Shown one piece after another: positions 39,601 through 47,143 of a DNA stretch of 64,000 nucleotides; position 1 is the first letter of the stretch; the number at the start of each line of letters is the position of its first letter. A program made the translations under genes and the position numbers. The DNA lies in NCBI GenBank assembly GCA_021463465.1, contig JAJTYH010000003.1, positions 275,549 through 339,548 of the forward strand. The letters run 5' to 3'. The notes under the pieces were generated by a model. It did no database searches. It saw only the letters and a list, made by a program, of their open reading frames with translations, and was not told the DNA's origin. This DNA comes from a bacterium. GTDB taxonomy: Bacteria; Patescibacteriota; Dojkabacteria; SC72.

Positions 39601-42600
39601 GTGGGAATTGTGAGATGTGGAAATCCACTAATAGTTTTACATGGACGCAGCAACAGCCAGGAACAACAATTACATGCAGTAACAGTAATGCAATCTCTAC
39701 TTCAATTGACGGAAATGCAGATATACATGTAGCCTATTTTGATGGTACTTCTTCATTAAAGTATCGACTTTATGATACTGCGACAGATAACTGGGACGGT
39801 GGTGTTGGGGAAGAGAATATCGTTACGGGTGACACTTATAGTTCTGTAGTAGTGTCAATTGACAGTAATAATATCCCTCATATTGCAGTTAGAACTACAA
39901 CAGGGGCCATAATCGGATACAACAATAGAATCGGTGGTACATGGAATGGTTCTTTAACTACGGTTGAGTCTACTTCAGTCACAGATTATTTAGATTTAAC
40001 TATAAATGAAAATAACTATCCTGCAATCTCATATATTACGAGCACATCGCTTGTTGCAAAAGAAGGGAATGCAAACGATGCTTCGTCATTTAACAGCTCA
40101 GGGACTATCGATTCAACTGTGAATACAACAGCTGGTCAAGCTGGCATTTCAATTGCGGTAGACAGTGCAAATGGCGATGAATGGGTAGCGTATATTGACT
40201 CGGGTGGGTCAGTAGCTCTCGCAAAACATAGCGGAGGAACATGGGGATCGGGATGGAGCACAGTTACAACTAAATCAGATATAGGCTCAGAACCGAGCAT
40301 AGCTCTTGCGTGGTCAAACGGGGTATATGTGTTCTATCAGGATGACAGCACTGATCAGAAAATTGTGTACGATTTCTACAATAGTAGTGGGAGTAGTCCT
40401 GCCTGGGTGGGGGAAAAAGTCCTTCTAACCCCAAGTAGTGGAGTTGATTATAAAGATGTAAAGGTGAGGTGGTCTTATTTAAATAACCCTTCTTATTCAA
40501 ACTATTCTTTTGAGTATTTAATTAGTGATAATACGGACTTATATTTCGGACAACTTTCTCTCCCAGATTGGTTAACTAACTGGAGTAAAAGGGTCCCGAT
40601 TGTTATCTCCAACTCAAACATTGATGCTGATTTGACTGCTTTTCCATTAAACTTGACCGTAACTTCAACTTCAGGGACCGCTGACGATGATATGACCCTA
40701 CTTTTTGATTCGCTTGGTGCAAATAGCAAAAAGATTGCAATTACAAAATCTGATGGTACTACAGAGTTATACGCTGAAGTACAACGCTGGGACACTACTA
40801 ATGAAATTGGACAACTGTGGGTTTCAAAAGAAGATTTCGTGCTTTCTGGCTCAACGGATACCACCTTGTACTTATATTATGATAGTAATCACGCTGATAA
40901 TACAAACTATGTTGGGGATACAGGTTCCACAATCGCCGGTAAGGTGTGGGAACCTGGATATAAAGTTGTGGCGCATTTGGATGAAGCAGATGATACATCG
41001 AGGGTCGATGCATCAGGAAATGGGAATACAATGTCAGAAAGTGCTTCTGATACTGTAACCCAATATACCTCTGGGACACGAATTGGTGCGGATTTTGAGA
41101 GGGGTGATACAGAGTTCCTTGAAGTATCTGATAACTCAAGTCTTGAAATGAGTAATTTTACCTTTACTGCCTGGCTTAATGTTGAAAGCACTCAGAGCTC
41201 AGGAGGTGCGTATCAGGCTATTTTCACAAGGGGTGATGGAGGTAATTGGGCATACGGTTGGGCGACTGAATCGGATTCTATCGGAACGTTAATAGATGCT
41301 GATGGGTTTGCGGGGGGAGGAGCTTTGCCAGTGAGCGCTTCTTCTACATTTAATACAGGTGAATGGAATCTATTTCATGTCACTTATGATGGTTCGAATA
41401 TACGGCTGTATAAAAACGGTGTAGAGCTAACTTCTGGAGATTATCCATACGCTACAACTATTTCTATAAATCAAAATAGTACATCAAGTCTAAGATTAGG
41501 AAATTGGCAATCGCAATCTGGTTACTTTGATGGGATTATGGATGAAGTTATGCTTAATAGTGGAGCTAAATCTTCCGCATGGCTAAAGACAGATTATCAC
41601 TCAATGACTGACAATCTTGCGAACTGGGGGACTTCTGAAAGTGTTGCTTTTAGCACCTCCTCCCAAGATACAATTGATACTATCCCAGCTAATATAGATG
41701 ATAATTTTTCAGCAACAGTCGATTCTAGTAATAATGTCCACATTGCATATGTAGACGATGAAAGTACCGATCAAATTTCACATCGAAAGTGGACTAACTC
41801 TACTCAGACATGGGGTAGTGCAACACTTGTTCCAAGTGGAGCAAGTAATACTCATACGAATATAAGTATTGCAATAAACACATCGGCGGCAGATCTGAAT
41901 GATTTGTATGTTTCCTGGATTGATTCTTCAAATAACCACATATATTACCGACAGTATGATAGTTCGGCCACAAGTTGGTTAACTGTTCAGGATTGGAAAA
42001 CAACCGGTACTAATGTCTATCCGACTCTAAACTTCAGTGGTAGTGGAAGAGTATTTGCCCTTTGGAATCAAGGTACTTCTTCTCCTACTACTATTGATTG
42101 GGGTTCAATTTTAGCCCCGTCAGGAGGGAGTGCACCAACAGTTACAAGTGTAAGCTTAAATGGAGGGTCAACGATAACATTAACTGAAGGAACAACAACA
42201 AATATTTCAGTTGTCGGGACAGTTACTGACTTAGATGGTCATGCAAATATATCTACTGCAACAGCAAAGATTTATAGATCAGGTGTATCAGGTGCTCAAT
42301 CATGTTCAAATAGTGATAATAATTGTTACACAGTTGCTAGCTGTTCACTTAGCTCATGTGCTGGAAATACTTGTACAGCAACATGCACTGCACCATTAGC
42401 ATTTCATGCTGATGCAACTGATACTGGGAGTACATATGCATCAGAGTACTGGAGAGGTTGGATTGAAGCTACAGATGATGATTCAAATACAGGTTCTGGG
42501 TTTAGTAGCGTAGGGTCACCTGACCTTGCAAGTACTGCTGCTATGGATATAAGCTCTTCACTTGCTTTTGGCACGCTTTTAGCTGGTGATGACACCGGTG

Positions 42601-42932
42601 CATCTCCTCAGAATACTACTGTCACAAATACTGGAAATACAACACTTGATTTTGAAGTTTCAGGAGATGATTTATGTACTAACTATCCGACCTGTAGTGG
42701 GTCGCAAATAGGTGTTGGGTATCAGGAGTATAAGATTACAACTTTTACATACGGTGCAGGGACTGGATTAACTACTTCCCCAGTGACAGTTGATTTGAAT
42801 CTGAACAAATCTACTGCCGTCCCGTCTAATTCAACATCCTCCTTTTACTGGGGCATAGGAATTCCATCTCCAAAAGAGACTGGGGCGTATACAGGTGCTA
42901 ATACAGTAACGGCGTTAAATGGTGGTTCTTAG
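33675..42932 (+). CDS. Giant (3085 aa) multi-domain cell-surface protein with an N-terminal anchor, a Gly-rich module, beta-helix-like repeats, a BNR motif, 2 LamG-like domains, a DUF2341-like segment and a Cys-patterned C-terminal module
   Basis: A single uninterrupted ORF with an N-terminal TM or signal anchor. The Gly-rich block VEVWGGGGAGGG...GGGGAGGTY is at about 34900-35560. Degenerate repeats of about 65 aa (…TVT(I/L)(S/T)G.G.(I/L)GGG…FYNLT…) run from about 36780 to 38000. An Asp-box SSDTGTTW is near 38250. LamG-like jelly rolls lie at about 38835-39495 and 40960-41600. The DUF2341-like segment WLTNWSKRVPIVISNS...LYLYYDS is at 40560-40910. Confidence 0.8.
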   Translation: MMSWRTKRRLMRLWVALQSTLSMNGYNQRRKFPQNRLGIQSNIRVVGKTLKFGTAIVLAILISTFLFRIVSAEILLTNERNRLEFKSKSNSFLFDQIPIVEIKDTRYVLGSIKNVLGATTQNINEGTSVKLIDPIGNQVSGATIFNVLGNKYQVKVPENVDFVPGKYRLLIDSQGRHVEKDFTWGVLAVNTNKSVFTLGENVFLQLASLDEKGHTLCNSNLKLKITSPNGGVEYTEVRKSGDCFDDNVTLKADYYSNFEPTQIGSYVIQLTNSDLGYTISDSFRVEKSVPFIIERFGPTRIFPKSDYKMKIFVTANTDYVGKVEELVPSSFKVNQKTMEGLNGKLLTWDVNLKKGESKSVEYIFDAPDISPELYVIGPLRIGEFSEYRTWKVASDIVATLTDTYLQTGTWVAPDGVTSASVEVWGGGGAGGGATGNPAAGGGGAGGTYAKKANFSVTAGNSYTTTVGAAKTATTTSSASTNTGNVSWFSSNDTNGVVGEGGPGGAPVSANSSNGNGGTGSTANSFGDGGSVFAGGNASNGNFTSGTPGGAGGGGAGSSGVGGNASAGTGGTGSSTGGGNGANGVANSTAGAAGTTYGGGGSGGKANSTTDRAGGTGAAGAVAVTYSADFPKVEATSTGRDSTDATSHTITMPSGINVGELLIIVFSVDGNPTVTIGSGNWTKLGQASNGTTVTQAIFYKVAEGSDTATVSTSSTQEASHIVYRISGAGDTISGTSANGSSTNSNPPNHNPGTTNNYLWIATRGGDAQVVASVPPTNFANYKSIGAQNSTGASSNTSTRVHQASSLDPGTWTSTTEQWVSYTISVPPPVTLSGAVYTDEIGTNIGANKTVDIRINGTGSYTDETDNSGAWTINVPSIASGAVITAYLDDETEEGTIVMVSDGTSKSDIHIVQNRVFVRHDTGSSITPDNLFSGDDGDDDVKYSVSASSNGNLTVDSGFELHVWPGDTFDASGGSITLQGGANLHVDDTASVYLDTSTNTIAGDALIDGSATLRINANTDINGGDITTSGTNANVTTTSGSPTVTISGTGSIGGGTTPSFTFHNLNTSGTGTTTLSNAVTANNDVTVGSGTTLRINSNLNVNGGDLVNTTTGIIDYTSGTPTVTLTGAGTLGGGSGGISIYNLTTNGSSNSTTLATNNIVISNALNVGTSHTFAMSTNSLTIGSTSISDSGDITMATGSSTSQSASGTVTILGSSNAADWAGPGIFTAYNLTIGNGSNTLSVDNETADLSIDVNNDFNITANATFSASSSSSFTVGNSYSNSGTFTANSGLVTMDAGDSGNTLSGSMTGSSTFYNLRFNNSAGSWTFSNNADVGNDFTITDATAVNAPSSLSVARNFTGSSAFTPGSGTVTLSGAGGTTQTLSGNTTFYNLTANASSSRIIQFTASSTNTINNNLTLTGTNCDALMLLRSTSKGTVWNIDDNTGGTTTVSNVDVQDSTATDQAVTATSSNNSGNNGNWTIAASACEGGSTSITPVSYGFQRKTFFDDTNDVYWMLYHDGDEIEVRYSSDTGTTWNLPSTSSSAHLAYDTSDFSVWNKTISSTEYIFLALKDGFDIKVLVGTLSASNVTWDNDIDTVFDGTSSGDTFSYPYVSLDSSNYVWVGARYYDGTNYVYRTSDSNAIGSTDLSSVGWNPFKQVINNQTNSNVYGNIVPLASQAMYLTVAVGTALRGCIWDDSANDWVDSNDVSCTTESEEYYSTLNNGLISYWRMDETSWNGTSNEVVDSSGNGLHGVRVGDATTENSGFLRSGTFDGSGDYIDAGSPASLDDLPNSDFTVSFWHKYSETGSANFPVFVGKRNYLGSYGWNISTEKTNKYVKLNVLYPGGTDAQFTTDDDAFADGVWSQVTVTWDASTKTGEIFINGIQPSMYNEVSGSGTYTSDASEILRVGHDNVGSPYKGNLDEFRIYDRVLSTSEISQLYQYYPGPINIDNSSDFGSMPGAGRQIIRAGDGDIYAFVNDGGNCEMWKSTNSFTWTQQQPGTTITCSNSNAISTSIDGNADIHVAYFDGTSSLKYRLYDTATDNWDGGVGEENIVTGDTYSSVVVSIDSNNIPHIAVRTTTGAIIGYNNRIGGTWNGSLTTVESTSVTDYLDLTINENNYPAISYITSTSLVAKEGNANDASSFNSSGTIDSTVNTTAGQAGISIAVDSANGDEWVAYIDSGGSVALAKHSGGTWGSGWSTVTTKSDIGSEPSIALAWSNGVYVFYQDDSTDQKIVYDFYNSSGSSPAWVGEKVLLTPSSGVDYKDVKVRWSYLNNPSYSNYSFEYLISDNTDLYFGQLSLPDWLTNWSKRVPIVISNSNIDADLTAFPLNLTVTSTSGTADDDMTLLFDSLGANSKKIAITKSDGTTELYAEVQRWDTTNEIGQLWVSKEDFVLSGSTDTTLYLYYDSNHADNTNYVGDTGSTIAGKVWEPGYKVVAHLDEADDTSRVDASGNGNTMSESASDTVTQYTSGTRIGADFERGDTEFLEVSDNSSLEMSNFTFTAWLNVESTQSSGGAYQAIFTRGDGGNWAYGWATESDSIGTLIDADGFAGGGALPVSASSTFNTGEWNLFHVTYDGSNIRLYKNGVELTSGDYPYATTISINQNSTSSLRLGNWQSQSGYFDGIMDEVMLNSGAKSSAWLKTDYHSMTDNLANWGTSESVAFSTSSQDTIDTIPANIDDNFSATVDSSNNVHIAYVDDESTDQISHRKWTNSTQTWGSATLVPSGASNTHTNISIAINTSAADLNDLYVSWIDSSNNHIYYRQYDSSATSWLTVQDWKTTGTNVYPTLNFSGSGRVFALWNQGTSSPTTIDWGSILAPSGGSAPTVTSVSLNGGSTITLTEGTTTNISVVGTVTDLDGHANISTATAKIYRSGVSGAQSCSNSDNNCYTVASCSLSSCAGNTCTATCTAPLAFHADATDTGSTYASEYWRGWIEATDDDSNTGSGFSSVGSPDLASTAAMDISSSLAFGTLLAGDDTGASPQNTTVTNTGNTTLDFEVSGDDLCTNYPTCSGSQIGVGYQEYKITTFTYGAGTGLTTSPVTVDLNLNKSTAVPSNSTSSFYWGIGIPSPKETGAYTGANTVTALNGGS

Positions 42933-42986
42933 TTGACTTTGTGAGAATTTAATTAGTATATTGTAGGGATTAAATAGGAATAATTA

Positions 42987-44678
42987 ATGAAGCAGTTTCG
43001 TGTGGCAACAACCAAGTTTCTCCTTGTTATTGGGCTAACTGCTTTACTTATTCCAAACCTCTTCATTATATGGAATGTTATTGCAGATAGTGTTACGACA
43101 TCAGTTACTGTTGGGAATACGTCTCCTAGTTTTACGGTAGGACCAGCTGAAAATCCCGAGAGTTCGAATACCACCCCTACAAACGTTGGTGCTAATACGA
43201 CTTTCCAGGCTACTGCGACTGATAGCAATTCGGAAAATTATTACTTGATTTTATGCTCTACAAACTCAGTTTCTGCAACCAATGGCGGTGCTCCGACTTG
43301 TGGTGCGACTCAGTTTTGTGTTAGTTCCTCAACCGCAAGCGGAAGCCAGGCTTCATGCAATCGTTCTGCACAGGCTGGCGATGCTGAAAATGTTGCCTGG
43401 TACGCATTTGTTTGTGACGGAAATGCTTCAGCAGCAGCGTGTTCAAGCTCCAGTCAAGGGAGTGGTGCTACAGGATCACCCTTTGCTGTTAACCATGTTC
43501 CAGGCTTCTCTTCGGTAAGTAACGATGGGCCTAAAAATCCTGGCCAAACCGTTACATGGTCAACTACAGCTTCAGACACTGACTCAGCAGGTTCTGCTGA
43601 TACAGTTAAGCTAATTGTTTGTAAGACAACTGGACTTTCGGGAGATGCCTGCGATGGAGGTGGAAGTGATACATGGTGCTCAAGTTCTTTTGTTTCGTCA
43701 GATCCAACATGTGGATATGCCGTTCCCACGCCAACTGCTGATGGGGCAAATAATGCATATGTTTATGTAGTTGATAATCATAATTTTGGAGCTTCCTCAG
43801 GTAACCAAGGTAGTAATAGCTCCTTTACTGTAAACAATATTGCTCCAGTTGTATCTGGGGTAACATTTAATGGTGGTAGTGCCATAACTTTAACTGAAGG
43901 TACTACTACAAATATAACCATTGGCGCCACAATTACTGATAATAATAGCTGTACTGGTGGTGAAATTGCTACAACATATGGTTATGCATATAGGTCTGGG
44001 GTTGGATTTTCTGGGTGTGACACTTCTGGAGAATCTAATAATAACCATTGTTATGCGGAGGTCACATGTACTGTAACTGGTGGTACCTGTTCTGGCGCTT
44101 CGGATGCATCAGCTGATTATACCTGCACAGTAGCAATGCAGCACTATGCTGACCCAACGGATGTTGCGACCATATACCCTACGGAGAATTGGTTGGCATC
44201 GTTTAGGGCAATTGATGATGATAGTGCTGCTCATACAGTTGAAGTCTCGTCAGGCGTTGAAATGAACTCACTTACTGCTCTGAATGTCACTGGTTCAGTT
44301 AACTACGGAACATTAGATGTAAACCAAAGCAATGACCCACTTGATAAGATTACGACAGTTACACCTACAGGAAATGTTGGACTCGATGAAGAACTCTCGG
44401 GCGCAAATATGTGTACGGACTATCCAACATGTTCAGGTGGAATAATTGCTGTAGGTCAACAAAAGTATGCACTAGCAACATCAACTGCCTATGCAAGCGG
44501 TACAGCCTTGACAACTTCACCCGTAGAGCAAGAGTTAAATGTTCCGAAAGCTACATCCGGTTCCCCCACAACAAAAAATACATGGTGGGGTATATTAATC
44601 CCGCTTGGAACTACTCCGGGATCATATAGTGGAAGCAATACAGTTACTGCAGTCAAAGGTGAAACGGGAGGTTGGTGA
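42987..44678 (+). CDS. Secreted Cys-rich protein whose C-terminal roughly 280 aa are paralogous to the C-terminal module of the giant protein
   Basis: Signal peptide MKQFRVATTKFLLVIGLTALLIP. Residues from about 285 (nt 43838-44675) align at roughly 40-45% identity by eye with giant-protein residues at nt 42110-42929. Both include LNGGS.ITLTEGTTTNI and C(T/M)(N/D)YPTCSG. Confidence 0.7.
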   Translation: MKQFRVATTKFLLVIGLTALLIPNLFIIWNVIADSVTTSVTVGNTSPSFTVGPAENPESSNTTPTNVGANTTFQATATDSNSENYYLILCSTNSVSATNGGAPTCGATQFCVSSSTASGSQASCNRSAQAGDAENVAWYAFVCDGNASAAACSSSSQGSGATGSPFAVNHVPGFSSVSNDGPKNPGQTVTWSTTASDTDSAGSADTVKLIVCKTTGLSGDACDGGGSDTWCSSSFVSSDPTCGYAVPTPTADGANNAYVYVVDNHNFGASSGNQGSNSSFTVNNIAPVVSGVTFNGGSAITLTEGTTTNITIGATITDNNSCTGGEIATTYGYAYRSGVGFSGCDTSGESNNNHCYAEVTCTVTGGTCSGASDASADYTCTVAMQHYADPTDVATIYPTENWLASFRAIDDDSAAHTVEVSSGVEMNSLTALNVTGSVNYGTLDVNQSNDPLDKITTVTPTGNVGLDEELSGANMCTDYPTCSGGIIAVGQQKYALATSTAYASGTALTTSPVEQELNVPKATSGSPTTKNTWWGILIPLGTTPGSYSGSNTVTAVKGETGGW

Positions 44679-44698
44679 AGTTTATTTAAAGAAATTGT

Positions 44699-46105
44699 AT
44701 GATGTTTAGTATATTTATAGAAAGAATGAAAACTTTAGGAAAAACGATTACGACAATTGCATGCTTCTTATTAATGATGTCCCCGTCATTAGCGGGTTTT
44801 GGTGTCTCACCTACTAATATTTATAATGAATACTTAAAGCCCGGAGCACATTTTGAGAAGGTGGTGACACTTTCAAGATCTGATCCGTTTGAAGATTTAG
44901 ATATTGTTATCGAACCCAGTTTAGGAGAGATTAACTCTTGGTTTAGATTTGATCCAGGTCTTACCTTTGTTTTCCCTAAAGGCGAGAGTAGGAAAACTTT
45001 TAAAATAATCGTTGATGTACCACAAAGTGCTTCATATCGGGGATATGAAGGAGTTATTCGTGTAAAAGCTCTAGCTCGTGGTCAAGCTGTACAGGGGGTT
45101 TCAATTGTCAAGGGTGCAAGGTTAGATGTAGATTTGGTAACTACAGAGGTTTCAATCAGTGAATTGCAGATTAAATCACTAAAAATGCTTGATGCCAATG
45201 AGGGAGACCCTTTGAAGTTGGAAATTCTTGCAGAAAATCTTGGAAACGTTGCGGTATCACCTGATGCGAAGGTTGCAATAAAAAATCTACAGATGGAAGA
45301 TTTGGAGGAGCATGTTGACAATGATCTTGAATTTGTGCAACCAAACGAGAGTAAAACTTTATATGCTGAATTTAAATCATCACTTCCTCAAGGCGAGTAC
45401 TTTGTGGATGCATTTGTTCTAGTAGATGGTTCAGTGGTAAGGAAAGAAAGATTAGTTTTTAGAATTAATGCACCAGGAGAGAAAAGTGCAGATACTAGTG
45501 GTGGGTTAAGTACTGCTTTTGCAAACGGGATTTCTTTGTTGAGAGACAATGCTTCAATGATTGGGGTTTGCCTGCTATTTGCTATTGTTGCGTACTTCTT
45601 GATGAGCAAGCTGTGGAAGCAGGAGAGTATGGAAGATAAAAAGAATGAGTTATGGGCACCACTACTTGGCGTCAGAGCTAGTTCAAGAATTATTGTTTCC
45701 ATCCTAATTGGAATTTTATCAGCCGGAATATTCTGGTGGTTTAGTTCACACCCAATTCAGTTTGAAAAAGAGAGTAAAAAGAGCGACATTTCAGTACAGC
45801 CTAGTGGTGGAATCCCTTTGGAAGTTGTTGTATCAGAAGGTACAGATGTTAAAGGTGTGAAAGAGAAGATTGATAAATCTGATCCACTTGTGGTAAGTGA
45901 TAGGGATAAGGACGGAAAGGCGAAATATCCGATTTACGAAAGCCCAGATCTTAACTCAAATATTGTCTACTATGCTCTAGAAGATGAAAAGTTGGATGTA
46001 GTGGAGGAAAATGCTGATTGGTATAAGGTTGAAGTCGGGGATGGCGATATGGGGTGGCTTGAGAAATCAAAAGTAAAATCTAGTGTATCTCAAGAGATTC
46101 AATAG
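44699..46105 (+). CDS. Secreted or membrane protein with an N-terminal beta domain, two TM helices and a C-terminal SH3b-like domain
   Basis: The signal peptide is followed by TM helices near residues 280 and 330. The C-terminal DWYKVEVGDGDMGWLEKSKV is a bacterial SH3-like motif. Confidence 0.45.
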   Translation: MMFSIFIERMKTLGKTITTIACFLLMMSPSLAGFGVSPTNIYNEYLKPGAHFEKVVTLSRSDPFEDLDIVIEPSLGEINSWFRFDPGLTFVFPKGESRKTFKIIVDVPQSASYRGYEGVIRVKALARGQAVQGVSIVKGARLDVDLVTTEVSISELQIKSLKMLDANEGDPLKLEILAENLGNVAVSPDAKVAIKNLQMEDLEEHVDNDLEFVQPNESKTLYAEFKSSLPQGEYFVDAFVLVDGSVVRKERLVFRINAPGEKSADTSGGLSTAFANGISLLRDNASMIGVCLLFAIVAYFLMSKLWKQESMEDKKNELWAPLLGVRASSRIIVSILIGILSAGIFWWFSSHPIQFEKESKKSDISVQPSGGIPLEVVVSEGTDVKGVKEKIDKSDPLVVSDRDKDGKAKYPIYESPDLNSNIVYYALEDEKLDVVEENADWYKVEVGDGDMGWLEKSKVKSSVSQEIQ

Positions 46106-46108
46106 TAA

Positions 46109-46555
46109 TTAAGGATTTTTTATACCTTCCCAAATATTCTTTAAATCTGATATCGCTTTGGATTGTGGAATCATCCAGAAGTATAACCAGCCAGAAAGAC
46201 TTTTAGCTGTTGACTGAATATCCCATGTCAATCCTTTTGATTTGATATATTCAATTGCGGAGGAAATGGCCAAGATCTCTTCTTTATAACGAAACTCACG
46301 ATTGATTAAATACTTTAGCCCCCATTTAAATAATCCTATTGTTTGCTGGCGATCGATGTGTGTTTGCTCGTGTAGAATTCTAGATTGATGATAAAGGTTA
46401 GGTGTTTTAGATATGAGATTTTGGTAGACAGCTGGTGGAATATATATATTTGGATAAATAGCTGTTGCAGTGCTAAATCCAATCCATGGAATTAAATTCC
46501 AGTACCAATCTTTGACTTTAACGTTTTTAGATAGGTTATAAACGGTACTAGACAT
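46109..46555 (-). CDS. Hypothetical protein
   Basis: 148-aa ORF convergent with the surface locus, with no recognised motif. Confidence 0.4.
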   Translation of the reverse strand: MSSTVYNLSKNVKVKDWYWNLIPWIGFSTATAIYPNIYIPPAVYQNLISKTPNLYHQSRILHEQTHIDRQQTIGLFKWGLKYLINREFRYKEEILAISSAIEYIKSKGLTWDIQSTAKSLSGWLYFWMIPQSKAISDLKNIWEGIKNP

Positions 46556-46631
46556 AAGTACTTTGGAATACTTGAATCAAACTAACTCAGGGTTCATCTA
46601 GACCTTATTTCTAATCCGTTCGCAAGTATGG

Positions 46632-47042
46632 TTACTGTATACAAGTGACCCCGTTTAGTTTTTCGAATGTTTTAATTGCGCCCTTACGGAGACAATCAGA
46701 TTGTATATATTCAATCTTTCCTTTGCATCCACCTTTGCCACATTCAGAACAGCTATAAGTCCCTTTTTTCTTATCAAATTTGCTCTCTGATTTATTCGAT
46801 AAAGCAATACCTGCACGCTTACTCCACTTACATGAGTATTTATAGGTTGGTTGCGACCAACAGGTATACACTTTGCATGCAGCACTTGCTGAGCCAGCAG
46901 CTTCTGAGTCTGTTTCGGACACATTTTTATTAATCAAAAGCTGATTAAGGGATAGCATTGTACCGAAAAAAATTATGATACCTGCTATTAAGAGGATGAA
47001 TGTAGGGGAGGATAGTTTGCTTGCTACTTTTCTTCTGGGCAT
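46632..47042 (-). CDS. Small Cys-rich secreted or membrane-anchored protein
   Basis: N-terminal TM/signal FILLIAGIIIFFGTMLSL, then 12 Cys within about 90 aa (…CSECGKGGCKGK…). Confidence 0.45.
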   Translation of the reverse strand: MPRRKVASKLSSPTFILLIAGIIIFFGTMLSLNQLLINKNVSETDSEAAGSASAACKVYTCWSQPTYKYSCKWSKRAGIALSNKSESKFDKKKGTYSCSECGKGGCKGKIEYIQSDCLRKGAIKTFEKLNGVTCIQ

Positions 47043-47143
47043 ATTAATATGACTTATGTTATATTACCAATATAATTGATTACGAAATTGAAAGTCAAGT
47101 CCCAGTTCAGCTATGCGTATTTTGATTTAATGAGGCCACTTTT

